Positions 20,166 to 30,581 of a DNA stretch of 64,000 nucleotides are shown here, piece after piece. The notes beneath the pieces are model-generated. The model saw only the letters and a list, made by a program, of their open reading frames with translations, was not told the DNA's origin and searched no databases. Position numbers and translations under genes: made by a program. The stretch comes from Candidatus Latescibacterota bacterium (lineage in GTDB: Bacteria; Latescibacterota; UBA2968; UBA8231), in assembly GCA_964291625.2 (NCBI GenBank), contig OZ220089.1, positions 4,480,001 to 4,544,000 on the forward strand, read 5' to 3'. How positions within the stretch are numbered: position 1 is the stretch's first letter; the number at the start of each line of letters is the position of its first letter.

Positions 20166-21167
20166 TCAGGCCAGCTCCACCCGCCGGCCGCCGCGAGCCG
20201 ACTCGAAGGCCGCCTCCACCACCCGGAGGGTGCCCTCGGCGCGGTCGGCCATGTACGCAGGGGTCTCCTCCCCGCGCATGCACCGCTGGAAGAACTCGAT
20301 CGCCGGCTGAAACGACGGGGTCCCCGTGCGGGTCGTCTCGGTGCGGCCCTCGCCGGAGGCCGGGACGACCTCGAAGCGGCTCTCGGGGCCGGGATGGTAG
20401 GGGCTGGGCACCACCAGCCGGCCCTGGTCCCCGGTGATCCGGGCATGGGCGCCGCCGCGGCCCTGGAAGCCGCAGTACAGGGTCGCCGTGAGACCGTCCG
20501 GGAACTCGAGGATCAGCGACACCGCCACGTCCACCCCGGACCGCTCGTCGAAGCGCATGTGGGCCATCACGCTCACGGGGTCGGCGCCGGCGATGAAGCG
20601 GGCGAAGGTGATCGGGTAGACCCCGCCGTCGTAGATGCTGCCGCCCCCCAGCGCCTTGATCATGCGGATGTTCGCGGGATCGTCGACGTAGAAGGTCATG
20701 CCCGCGTCGATGTGGCGCAGGGCGCCGATCTCGCCCGTCCGGAGGATCTCCAGGAGGCGCCGGCTCTGGGGGTGGTGCATGAAGACGAAGGCCTCGAAGA
20801 GTAGCACCCCGGCCTCACGGCAGGCGTCGACCATCCGCCGGCCCTCCTCGGCGGTGACGGCCAGGGGCTTCTCGCAGAAGACGTGCTTGCCGGCCCGGGC
20901 GGCGGCGACGGTCCACTCGGCGTGGAGGGAGTTGGGCAGCGAGATGTAGACGGCGTCGATCTCGGGGTGTTCGAGCAGGGCCTGGTACCCGGCCAGGGCC
21001 ACGGGGATGTCGTGCTCGCGGGCCCAGGCCTCGGCCTTCTCCCGGCTGCGGCTGGCCACGGCCAGGACCCGGGCGCCGGGGGTGGCCCGGGCCGAGGGGA
21101 CGAAGGCGGTGGCGCCGATGCGGGCGGTGCTCAGGATTCCCCAGTTGATCGGGTGCGGGTCGGTCAT
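20166..21167 (-). CDS. Gfo/Idh/MocA oxidoreductase (xylose dehydrogenase-like)
   Basis: 'WGILSTARI','YISLPNSLH','HVFCEKP','GGGSIYDGGVY'. Confidence 0.9.
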   Translation of the reverse strand: MTDPHPINWGILSTARIGATAFVPSARATPGARVLAVASRSREKAEAWAREHDIPVALAGYQALLEHPEIDAVYISLPNSLHAEWTVAAARAGKHVFCEKPLAVTAEEGRRMVDACREAGVLLFEAFVFMHHPQSRRLLEILRTGEIGALRHIDAGMTFYVDDPANIRMIKALGGGSIYDGGVYPITFARFIAGADPVSVMAHMRFDERSGVDVAVSLILEFPDGLTATLYCGFQGRGGAHARITGDQGRLVVPSPYHPGPESRFEVVPASGEGRTETTRTGTPSFQPAIEFFQRCMRGEETPAYMADRAEGTLRVVEAAFESARGGRRVELA

Positions 21168-21236
21168 CGAGTGTTCTCCGGAGTGGAGGGTGGGACGAGG
21201 GCAGGAGTGTACGCAACCTCAGGAGGGTTGAGCACC

Positions 21237-24200
21237 ATGGCGGCGAGCCGGACTGCATCGATGAAGGAGTTCCCGCGAGAGCGGGCGGCGCGCGGTCCCG
21301 GCCGGTTGGCCGCTGCGGCCTTCGCGGTGGGGCTGGCGGCGGGGCTCCTGGCCCCGGGGACTCCGCCCGCCGGGGCGGAGCCGCCGGCGCGGGTCGAGCC
21401 GCCCGTCGGCCGGACCGCCTTCGCCGTGCCCCTGTCGGGGATCACCGTCGACGGCCGGCTCGACGACTGGCCCGACGACATGGCGGTATTCACCCCCCGG
21501 GAGAACACCAACGTCTACGGCGCCACCGACCTGTCGGGGACCGACCTGGATACCAGCACCGACTTCAGCCCGAGCTTCCGCGTCGGCTACAGCGTCGAGA
21601 CGCAGAAGATCTACGTCGCCATGGAGCACCGCGACGACCGCGTGCATGCGGCCCGGCACAACGTGCGCGCCACCGACGCCGGCGAGATCAACCTGGCCGG
21701 GCTCCTGCACGTGCCGCCCTGGTGCTACAGCCTGGTGCCGCCCGGCGGAGGCTACTTCGAAGCCGGCAATCCCGCCGTCTACCACGAGCACCTGGACGAC
21801 GAGAAGTCGGCGGAGAGCGTCGGCACCCGGGCCGTCTTCGGCCGCCGCGGAGACGTCAGCATCTACGAGTGGGCCCTCACCGCCCTCGGCGAGTCGGCCG
21901 ACGAGCCGGTCGAGCTGAGGCCGGGGCGGATCCTCTCCTTCGACGTGGTCGCCGTGGACAACGACGGGCCCGGCGACACCTCGGCCTGGATCGCCTGGAC
22001 GCCCAACCGCGCCAAGCACCAGCCGCCCAACGTGGGCCGGCTCATCCTGGCGGACGGGCCGCTGGGCACGCTGCGGGTGGACGCCCGCGGCGGCGGGGGT
22101 CCACTGGAAGGGGCGCGGTACGAGGTCTGGCAGGGCGGCGGGCTGGTCCTGGCCGACGTCACCGACGCCCGCGGCCTCGCCCGCCAGCCGCTGCCCCCGG
22201 GGTCGTACACGGTGCGGCTGAACACCAACGGCTACCGGGCGCACGCCGAGGGCGTCGACATCGCCGCCGGCGAGACCTCGGCGGTGAGCGCCGCGCTGCG
22301 GGACCTGGGCACCCGCTTCCACGTCGACGACGACGCGGCCCCCGGCGGCGACGGCAGCGTCGAGCGTCCCTTCGCCACGATCCAGCAGTCCCTGGCGGCG
22401 ACCAGCTACGGCGACACCGTGCAGCTGGCCCCCGGTACCTACGCCGACCCCGTCGAGCTGATCAGCGGCGTCACCTTCGCCGGCGCCGGGTACGGCGAGA
22501 CCCTGGTCACCGGCGAGGCGGCCTGGGGCATGGCCCTGCGCCCCTTCATCGCCTACTTCAGCCGCCCCGGGGCGCCGCCGGGCGGCTGGTGGCGCATCGC
22601 CTTGCGCGACGTCTTCATGGAGGGGTTCCGCATCGACGCCGGCGAGCGCTATCCGCTGCGCGCCGCCAGTCAGGTGGCCGGCAGCCTGAACATGATGATG
22701 GCCGTCGACCGCGACGATCCCGAGGCCGTGGCCGCCCTGCTCGCGGAGGATGCGAGCCTGGCGTCGGCGAGGATCCACTCGCCCGACGCGCCGGTCCACG
22801 GCAGCACCTTCCTCCATCGCGTCGTCACGGTCTACACCAACGCCAGCGACGCCGAGTACGAGATCGCGCGGCTGCTGATCGACCACGGCGCCGACGTCAA
22901 CGCCAGGGGTGGCCAGGCCCGCGGCCAGGGCCGCACCGCCCTGGGCTACGCGGGGTTCTTCGGCAACCCGCGGCTGGTCGAGCTGTACCTCGCCCACGGC
23001 GGCGTGCCGGACGAGGAGGTCATGCACGGCATCGCCCGGGAGGGCTCCCAGGAGCGCAACAAGGAGAGCTACATCCCGGCCTTCGAGATGCTGATCGAGG
23101 CGGGCGGGCCCTACGACCTGGCCCATCTCGTCGCGCTCGGACACGTGGAGAGGCTGCTGGCCGAGGTCGACGAGGATCCCCGGCGCCTTCACGAGACGTC
23201 GCCGCTGATCCGGGACCGGGGAACGACGGGCGCGCCCCTGACCCACGCCGCCGCCGGCTGCGAGACCGAAGTCGCCGCGGCCCTCCTCGACCGCGGCGCC
23301 GACGTGAACGGGCGGGACAGCGAGGGCCGGACGCCGCTGCAGCGCGCCTTGGGCGGGGGCTGCGGTGAGGACCTCGTCGACCTGCTCCTCGACCGCGGCG
23401 CCGAGGTGGACTTCATCTCCGCGGTGATGACCGGCGATGTCGAGCGGGTGGGCGCGATCCTCTCCGAAGATCCGGCGCGGGTCCGGCAGCTGCGTTGGGA
23501 CGGGCGCTCCGCCCTCGATATCGCGGTGGACCGCGAGCACGCCGAGCTCGAGACCCTCCTGCGCGCGGCGGGGGGCACCTTCAGTCAGCGGGTGCAGTCG
23601 ATGCTGGCCGAGGCAGGCCCGTCAGACGGCGTGCACAGCGTGCTGTCGCAGGTCACGGTGACGCGCGGTGATCCGGGCTGGATGCACCTGGAGCCGGCGG
23701 CCTCCCTCGACATCCGCGACCGGATCACCATGGCGGCTTGGCTCTACCGGGTCGACGACAGCGGTGGCGCCGGTACCGTCATCGGCAAGTGGCGTCAGGC
23801 CGACCAGACCTGGTCGTACGTGCTGCACCTGCCCCGCGGCGGATTCATCCTGCGCTGGGAGGACGGGAGCCAGACCGGCCTGCGGGGCTACTGGCTGCCG
23901 TACCACGAGTGGGTCCACTACGCGGCCACGTACGACGGTGCCCACATGCGGGTCTTCGTCAACGGCGAGGTAGTGGCCGAGGAGCCTGTGGCCGGCAAGC
24001 GGATCAACTCGACGTCCAACCCGGTCTGGATCGGCGCCAGCGGCTACCTCGATCACACGGCGGCCCTGATCGACGACGTGCAGATCTGGAACGTGGCCCG
24101 CACACCGGAGCAGATCCGGGCGTCGATGCGCGACGGGCTGCGCGGCGACGAGCCGGGCCTGGTGGGCTGGTGGCCGATGGATGGCCAGGACCCGCTGGCC

Positions 24201-24341
24201 GACCGGTCGCCCCACGGCAACCACGGGCGCCTGGAGGGCTCGGCGGCGGTGCACGGCGCGGGCATCCCCGCCGACGGGCGCCACGCGCCGGCGCAGGTGC
24301 TCTGGCTGCTGCCGCTGGCGGAAGGGGCGGCCGGGCGCTGA
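21237..24341 (+). CDS. Secreted multidomain protein: CBM9-like + prealbumin-like fold + DUF1565-like + ankyrin repeats + LamG
   Basis: RBS AGGAGG; signal-like N-term; 'ITVDGRLDDW'; 'GDGS.ERPFATIQ..APGTY'; 'GADVN..GRTAL/GRTPL'; 'W.HYAATYDG..IDDVQIWN.AR'. Confidence 0.8.
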   Translation: MAASRTASMKEFPRERAARGPGRLAAAAFAVGLAAGLLAPGTPPAGAEPPARVEPPVGRTAFAVPLSGITVDGRLDDWPDDMAVFTPRENTNVYGATDLSGTDLDTSTDFSPSFRVGYSVETQKIYVAMEHRDDRVHAARHNVRATDAGEINLAGLLHVPPWCYSLVPPGGGYFEAGNPAVYHEHLDDEKSAESVGTRAVFGRRGDVSIYEWALTALGESADEPVELRPGRILSFDVVAVDNDGPGDTSAWIAWTPNRAKHQPPNVGRLILADGPLGTLRVDARGGGGPLEGARYEVWQGGGLVLADVTDARGLARQPLPPGSYTVRLNTNGYRAHAEGVDIAAGETSAVSAALRDLGTRFHVDDDAAPGGDGSVERPFATIQQSLAATSYGDTVQLAPGTYADPVELISGVTFAGAGYGETLVTGEAAWGMALRPFIAYFSRPGAPPGGWWRIALRDVFMEGFRIDAGERYPLRAASQVAGSLNMMMAVDRDDPEAVAALLAEDASLASARIHSPDAPVHGSTFLHRVVTVYTNASDAEYEIARLLIDHGADVNARGGQARGQGRTALGYAGFFGNPRLVELYLAHGGVPDEEVMHGIAREGSQERNKESYIPAFEMLIEAGGPYDLAHLVALGHVERLLAEVDEDPRRLHETSPLIRDRGTTGAPLTHAAAGCETEVAAALLDRGADVNGRDSEGRTPLQRALGGGCGEDLVDLLLDRGAEVDFISAVMTGDVERVGAILSEDPARVRQLRWDGRSALDIAVDREHAELETLLRAAGGTFSQRVQSMLAEAGPSDGVHSVLSQVTVTRGDPGWMHLEPAASLDIRDRITMAAWLYRVDDSGGAGTVIGKWRQADQTWSYVLHLPRGGFILRWEDGSQTGLRGYWLPYHEWVHYAATYDGAHMRVFVNGEVVAEEPVAGKRINSTSNPVWIGASGYLDHTAALIDDVQIWNVARTPEQIRASMRDGLRGDEPGLVGWWPMDGQDPLADRSPHGNHGRLEGSAAVHGAGIPADGRHAPAQVLWLLPLAEGAAGR

Positions 24342-24565
24342 TCGATCATCCCATCGGCTGCACTGGAGGCGGCCAGCGGCGCAATGTCGGGCCGCTGGCG
24401 AAGGTGCCGCTGCGCGCTGATCGGCCATCCCGTCGGCTGCACTGGAGGCGGCCGGCGGCGCAATGTCGTGCCGCCGGCGGAAGGTGCCGCTGCGCGCTGA
24501 TCGACCATCCCATCGGCCGCACTGGAGGCGCCAGCGGGCCGCTGTCGGGAGCGCCGCTGATCGGC
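24311..24565. repeat. ~79-80 bp tandem repeat, about 3 copies, between convergent genes
   Basis: Units start at 24311, 24391 and 24470; each contains GCGCTGATCG..CATCCC.TCGGC.GCACTGGAGGCG. Confidence 0.85.
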
Positions 24566-24608
24566 AGCCGGTCGCGCGATGCCGTGCTGCCGGGGCCGCG
24601 CGTCCGCT

Positions 24609-25688
24609 CTACGCCGCCGGCGCGATCGACCGCACCGCCTCCGACCAGTCCCGCCACAAGTCGCCGCTGGGGTCCCGCTTGACCACCTCGTCCGGCACCG
24701 ACTCGGTCGTCTTGGCGAAGGCGTAGATCGTCGCCTGGCGGATCACGTCGCGGCGCCGGTTCTGACCGGCCATGTGGAGCAGGTTCGCGTGCCAGAGCAC
24801 GACCGAGCCCGTGGGGCCGGCGGTCTCCACCGGCTCGGTGTCGGCCTTGATCTCCGGGAGCGGCGGCGCGGTGTACCCGTCCCACTCGGGTGACCCCTCC
24901 GGCACGGCGGGCGGCGGGCAGTCCCGGTGCAGGGCCTCCCGGTGGTCCCAGATGCGCCGGTGGCTCCCCGGGAACAGGGTCAGGCCGCCGGCCTTCTCCG
25001 GCAGGTCGTCGATGTAGGCGGCGATCTGGATCCGCCAGCGCGTCTCGTAGAGGGCCTCGGCGTGGGCGCCGCGGTAGTGGGCGGGGGGCTCCGGGCTGTT
25101 CGGGAGGGTGCAGTACAGGCCGCGGGTGCCCTGGGCCGTCATCCACGTCGGCCCGGTCTTCGGCAGGCGCACCTGCTCGGTCCGGCCCGTGGCCGGGCCG
25201 GTCCACCTTTCGGGCTCGCCGCCGAGGTGGGGATCGAAGCCCTGGAGGGTCCCTTCGGTCAGCAGGCACGGGCCGGTGGTCTCGCCGTTCTCGTCGGCGC
25301 CCGCGGGCCACACCACCTCGCCCTCGCCCAGCAGCTGCTCGGCGACGCCCCACAGGGCGCGGGGCGCCAGGTCCAGCAGCAGCTCCTCGACCCCGTTGCG
25401 GATGTAGTACCGGTGGTTGCTGCCGGAGAAGTACGGATCGCCCCCGGTGTCGGCGCGAGGGTAGGAGGCCTTCTCCTCCTCCGAGAACGGGACCCAGGTG
25501 GCCGGGTCGCCGCGGCGCATGGCGGGGCGGTACTCGTCGATGATCTCCCACATCTGGTCCCGCGCCCGGCGGCACAGGTCCGGGTCGAGCACGCCCGGCA
25601 GGATCAACATGCCGTCGCGCTTGAACAGAGCGATCTGCTTCTCGGTGAGGGGATCGACCTGGTGCAGGTCGGGCGAGGGCTTGGTCAT
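24609..25688 (-). CDS. Phytanoyl-CoA dioxygenase (PhyH)-like protein
   Basis: 'LT..QI..FKRDG.LILPGVL','GGLTLFPGSH','GSVVLWH..LLH.AG.N'. Confidence 0.8.
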   Translation of the reverse strand: MTKPSPDLHQVDPLTEKQIALFKRDGMLILPGVLDPDLCRRARDQMWEIIDEYRPAMRRGDPATWVPFSEEEKASYPRADTGGDPYFSGSNHRYYIRNGVEELLLDLAPRALWGVAEQLLGEGEVVWPAGADENGETTGPCLLTEGTLQGFDPHLGGEPERWTGPATGRTEQVRLPKTGPTWMTAQGTRGLYCTLPNSPEPPAHYRGAHAEALYETRWRIQIAAYIDDLPEKAGGLTLFPGSHRRIWDHREALHRDCPPPAVPEGSPEWDGYTAPPLPEIKADTEPVETAGPTGSVVLWHANLLHMAGQNRRRDVIRQATIYAFAKTTESVPDEVVKRDPSGDLWRDWSEAVRSIAPAA

Positions 25689-25800
25689 GGGACGGCTCCT
25701 GAGGGGTGGACGCATCGGCGGCGGGAGTGTCGTATTGTGTGCTGCCGGGAGGCCGGGCTCAAGTGGCCGCCCGGACCCGCCTCGGAAGGAGGGTTTCCCG

Positions 25801-27167
25801 ATGAGCGACCGAGGGACCGCCACCAGGGGACGCAGGCACGCCCTCCTCCTCTTCCTGCAGGCCCTGGGCCTGAGCGCCTGCGGGCCGAGTCTCGACGACC
25901 TGGTGGAGCGGCTCGAAGACCCGGAAGAGCGGGAATCGGCGCGCCAGGAGCTGCTGCTGGCCACCGACCGCGCCGTGCCGCCGCTGCTGGCGGCCCTCGA
26001 GGATCCCGCCCGGGCCGAGGCGCGCCCGCACCTGGTTGGGGCCCTGCTCAGCCTGATGACGCGGGTCGAGGACGGACGCATCCTCCCCCGTCTGGAGCAC
26101 CACCTCCTCACCGACGGCGCCCCCGAGGTCCGGGCCCGCATCGCCCGGGGGCTGGGCGTGCAGGAACGGGTCGAGGCCGCGGGCGCTCTCGTCCAGGCCC
26201 TGGAGACGGAGACGGAGGCGGCAGTTCTCCATGAGTGCCTCCTGGCCCTGAACCGTCTCGACGATCTCGAAGAGGATCTGGGAGAGCGCGCCCACGCCGT
26301 GGCGCGGAGGCTGGCGGGATCCACCCACACCGGGACACGCATGGAGGCGCGGATCCGACTCGCCGGGGCCGTGGACAGGCTTCTGGAGGAGGCCCGCAAG
26401 GCCGAGCTCGAGGCCGACCTGGCCCTGGCGCTGGATCTCTACCGTCAGGCCGTCGCCGCCTTTCCCGGCAGCCGGCGGGCCAACCACCGGCTGGCCAGGC
26501 ACCTCTTCGACAACGGCCGCGTCGACGAAGGCCTGGAGCGCCTGCGGCAGCACGGCATGCTTCTGGACCTTCCCCGCTTCCCGTCGGCGCCGCGGATCGA
26601 CGGCCGGCTCGACGAGCCCCTGTGGGCCGCGGCGGCGCGGGCCGACACCTTCTACCAGTTCAGCAACCAACACAACGCCGCCGTGGCTTCCGATCTCCGG
26701 ACCGAGCTCCTCCTCGGCTACACCTCCGAGGCCCTGTTCCTCGGGTTCCGGGGGTTCGACGATCAGCTCGACAGCCTCGTCGTCACGGACAGCGGTCACG
26801 ACGAGCACATCTTCAGGGAGGACATGGTGGAGGTCTTCATCGACGCGGACCTCGATCGTCGGGACTACGTGCACAGCGGGGTCAACACGAGGGGGTCGTA
26901 TCGGACAGGTTCATATCCGGGAGAGGCCGTTTCGACCATGAATGGGAGGCCGACGGCCAGGCGGCCGCCCACGTCGGGGACGATCTCTGGTCGGTGGAAT
27001 ACCGGCTGGAGTTCGGACAGCCGGAGCTGCCGCGGCCGAAACCCGGGGCGGTCTGGGGGTTCAACTTCGTACGGACCTTCCGCGGGCGGGAGTACACGCA
27101 GTGGGTCCGCACCTTCGGCATGAACGCTCACGACCCCGACGACTTCGGCGACCTCCTGTTCCGCTGA
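25801..27167 (+). CDS. Lipoprotein with HEAT/TPR-like repeats and CBM9-like domain; frameshift in G-run at ~26890
   Basis: Lipobox 'LSAC'; 'PRIDGRLDEPLW','DMVEVFID'; C-part 'WSVEYRL..P.PGAVWGFNF.R' in the next frame. Confidence 0.72.
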
Positions 27168-28332
27168 TGGACCCCGCGGAGAGGGTGAGGACCCGGGTGG
27201 AGGCCGCCTTCGAGCGGCGGGAGGGCCGCAAGCTGACCCCCCGGGAGAGGGAGTTCGTCACCGCCGCCGCCCACGAGGCGAGCGACGACAGCCACGCCGA
27301 GTGCGACGTTCCCCGGATGGAGGCCCTGCTGAAGCAGGACCCTTCCCTGGTGGCCACGGTCGGACCGCTGGCCCTGGTGCCGGCCGCCGTCTACCACGGG
27401 ACCCACGACGCGGTGCGGTTTCTGCTGGATCAGGGTGTCGACCAGCTCTACGACTGCCAGACGGGGATGGACCGCCGGCACGAGTACCACCCGGTCTTCC
27501 GGGCCTTCGCCAACGGCAACCTGCGGTCCCTGCGGACGCTCTTCGACGCGGGGGTCTCGAACGCCAACGTGGTCAACGCAAAGCCCCGGGGCATCCCCGG
27601 CAACGCCACCCTGCTCTACGGATGCATCGGCAGGCCGCGGGAGGTGGCGGAGTTCGTCCTCGAGCACGGGGGCGACCCGGAAGCCGAGCTCACCGGCAAC
27701 GGCGAACGGGGCCGCACGGTGCTCCAGGACGCCGTGGCCCCGCCCTTCGACGGCGCCTTCTCGCCCTGGCACAATCCCGGGCTGTGGGGGGAGCGGATGC
27801 GGTTCGCCGAGTTCCTCCTCGAGCGCGGGGCGTACTACGACCTCTACTCGGCCTGCGGCCGGGACGACCTGCCCCGCGTGCGGGAGCTGGTGTCGACTGG
27901 GGAGGACCGTCGGTCACGGATCTGGCTGCTGGCCGCCCACGGCGCCGCCACGAGGCCGGTCCTCGGCGCCGACACCTCGATGACGCCGCTCCACTGGGCG
28001 GTGCGGGGCGATGCCCGCCGCTGCGCGGCCTGGCTCCTGGCCGAGGGAGCCGAGGTCGATGCCGCGACCGGACCGACCGCACGCCCCTTCACCTGGCCGC
28101 GGAGTGGGGACGCACGGAGATGATCTGGCTGCTGGCCGCCCACGGCGCCGACCTGGACCAGCCCGACTCGAAGGGGCGCACGCCCCTGCACCGGTCGACC
28201 TACACCGGCGAGGTCGAGGCGGCGGAGATCCTGATCGTCCTCGGGGCCGACACCTCGGTCGAGACCCCCGCGGGCCGGACCGCCATCCAGCTGGCCCGGT
28301 TCGGATGCAGGTTCCTGAAGGAGTCGCCGTGA
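27167..28332 (+). CDS. Ankyrin-repeat protein; frameshift at ~28070
   Basis: 'TPLHWA','TPLHLAAE','GRTPLHR','GAD' ankyrin motifs across two frames; ATG overlaps the upstream TGA. Confidence 0.72.
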
Positions 28333-28350
28333 ACGCGGGGCGGGGCAACC

Positions 28351-29618
28351 CTACTTCTGCGTGGGCACCCGGCGCGACCAGTCCTGCCCGTCGACCCCAC
28401 GACTGCTGGTCGCGGGCCATCTGCTGGCCCTTCTCGTAGTGGGCACCCGGCGCGACCAGTTGGTCGATTCGCCGACAGGGGGTGGTTGGCGCGGATCGCC
28501 CCCTCGGGAAAGAGGTACCAGTCCTCGCGGTCGACGCGGTAGCCTCGAATGTGGGCGCGGGGGGCGTCGTCGGTGACGTAGTTGACCACGTAGAGGGCGC
28601 CGTCGGGCAGCTGCACCCAGCCCGAGTAGCCGCTGTCCGCCGACAAGGCGCGGTCGTTGTCGAGAAAGGCGAAGCGGGCCTCGGTCTCCCCCTGGTACTG
28701 CTCCGGGTCGGCGGGAGCGCCGCCGGGGGCGGGAGCGCCGCGCAGGGCCTCGGCGGCGGTTTCCACGTATAGGCCGAGTGAGGTAGACAGCCCGCAGGCG
28801 ACCCGGTAGGTGACGGCCACCTCCCCCGAGCGCAGGCGCCCCACCGAGGGGCGGCCGAGGCAGCTCGTCATCCGGGTCCGCACCGGCGTCGACCAGGACC
28901 GGCCGCCGTCCCGGGAGAAGCTCTTCCAGGCGCTCAGGCCCTCGCCGTCCTCGCGCAGGTAGCAGACCAGGGTGCCGTCGTCCATCTCGGCGAAGTCCCC
29001 CTCGTTCAGCCGCCAGGGGCGGCCGGTCCAGGGGGATCCCTCGGGGTCCGGGATCCTGAAGGGCCCGTCCCAGGTGCGGCCCTGGTCGCCCGAGAGGAAG
29101 CAGGTCGGCGCCTCCACGTAGTCCTCCACGCCCTTCGGACCCGGCCACTGCTCGGTGACGCCGATGATCAGGTCGCCGCCGGACAGCTCCTTGATCGAGG
29201 GGACGATGCCCTCGGTGAGACCGGTCTCCTCCGGTCCCTCCCAGGTGGCCCCGTGGTCGCGGCTGCGCAGCAGCAGGTTCATGCACGGGTGCGGCTCCAG
29301 GTACTCCTCGAAGGTCTCCCTCAGAAGCAGGTCGACGACGAGCAGCAGGGTGCCGTCGCGGCAGGCGGCGATGCGCGAGCAGTTGAGCCGGCCCAGCCCC
29401 CGGGCCGTCTCCTCCTCGGTGCGCTCGACCACCACCTGGCGCGGGCCCCAGGTCAGGCCGCGGTCGAAGCTGCGTCGCACGATGACCCGCGAGAAGGGGC
29501 GCGAGCTGTGGCCCATGCTCTCGCGGTACGTGCAGACCAGGGTGCCGTCGTCGGCCCGGGCCACGTCGGCGAAGGCCTCGTAGATCTCGTCGTTGCGGGA
29601 TACGGTGATCGTCTGCAT
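28351..29618 (-). CDS. BNR/Asp-box sialidase-like protein; 3' end disrupted by frameshifts/duplication
   Basis: Asp boxes 'SFDRGLTW','SRDHGATW','SGDQGRTW','SRDGGRSW'; 'DSGYS.WVQLPDG'. Confidence 0.75.
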
Positions 29619-29694
29619 GCGGCCAAGGTCGGCAGCGGCGCGGCCGGGGTCAACGTTTGGAGGACCTCCGGGCCGGGCGGTATCTTGAGCCGCC

Positions 29695-30573
29695 ATGAGC
29701 GACGGCAACGACAGCGGCGGCGGCTTCGAGCGGCCCTTCCCCGCCCTGACGCCGGCCCAGCGCTACCACTTGGACGTGTACGGCTACGTCGTCGTGCCGG
29801 GCACCTTGAGCGCCGACGAGACGGGGCGCCTGTTGGAGGCGATGCAGCGGCTCAAGGCCGATCTGATCGCCGCGGGCGACGGCGCCGTGGTGCGCGGCTG
29901 CCGGCTGAGCGCCGACCGGCCCCACCACCGTCACTTCGCGCACATCCTGGAGGCGGACCCGGCGATCTACGACTACCTCACGCACCCGAGGCTGGTGGGC
30001 ATGGCCGAGGAGCTGGTGGGCGGCGAGGTGCGGCTCGAGGAGTCGGAGGCGGTCATCAACGAGCGCGACCCGGGCAACCCGCCGCGGCCCGGCGACCGCT
30101 TCGGCTTCCACACCGGCACCCGGCCCGACCTGGGGACCTACACCGAGAACGGCCTCTTCCACTGCACCTTCGTCAAGACCCTGACCAACCTCACCGACCT
30201 CGGTCCCGACGACGGCGGCACGGTCTGCATCGCCGGCAGCCACAAGATCAAGGCGCCGCGCGACGAGATCATCGCCTGCGCGTACGAAGACCCGTCGCTG
30301 ATCCACCAGGTGGTGGCGCCGGCGGGCTCGACCCTGCTCTTCGGCGAGGCCCTGATCCACGCCACGGGACACATCCGCTCGGACCGCGAGCGGGTCATCG
30401 TCATCGGGGGATACACGCCGACCATGTTCCAGGCCTGGAACGGGCAGGAGCCGAGCCCCGAGTTCGTGGCCGCCGCGCCGGAGGAGCACCGGCCGCTGCT
30501 GTCGGGCAGCCGCCGCTGGAGCTGGGAGCAGAGGCACCGGACCCTGGCGGAGCCGCCCGCCGACGCCGGATGA
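29695..30573 (+). CDS. Phytanoyl-CoA dioxygenase (PhyH) family protein
   Basis: 'LDVYGYVVV','LTDLGPDDGGT..IAGSHK','AGS.LLF.EAL.H'. Confidence 0.85.
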   Translation: MSDGNDSGGGFERPFPALTPAQRYHLDVYGYVVVPGTLSADETGRLLEAMQRLKADLIAAGDGAVVRGCRLSADRPHHRHFAHILEADPAIYDYLTHPRLVGMAEELVGGEVRLEESEAVINERDPGNPPRPGDRFGFHTGTRPDLGTYTENGLFHCTFVKTLTNLTDLGPDDGGTVCIAGSHKIKAPRDEIIACAYEDPSLIHQVVAPAGSTLLFGEALIHATGHIRSDRERVIVIGGYTPTMFQAWNGQEPSPEFVAAAPEEHRPLLSGSRRWSWEQRHRTLAEPPADAG

Positions 30574-30581
30574 CCGCCGGC

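Noticed and set aside
24311-24565. CRISPR array
   Set aside because: Whole ~79-bp units are similar, with no unique spacers and no cas genes in the window.
26885-26900. Programmed frameshift or phase variation at the G-run
   Set aside because: The run is only about 5 G with no slippery heptamer or stimulatory structure; a homopolymer sequencing error is simpler.
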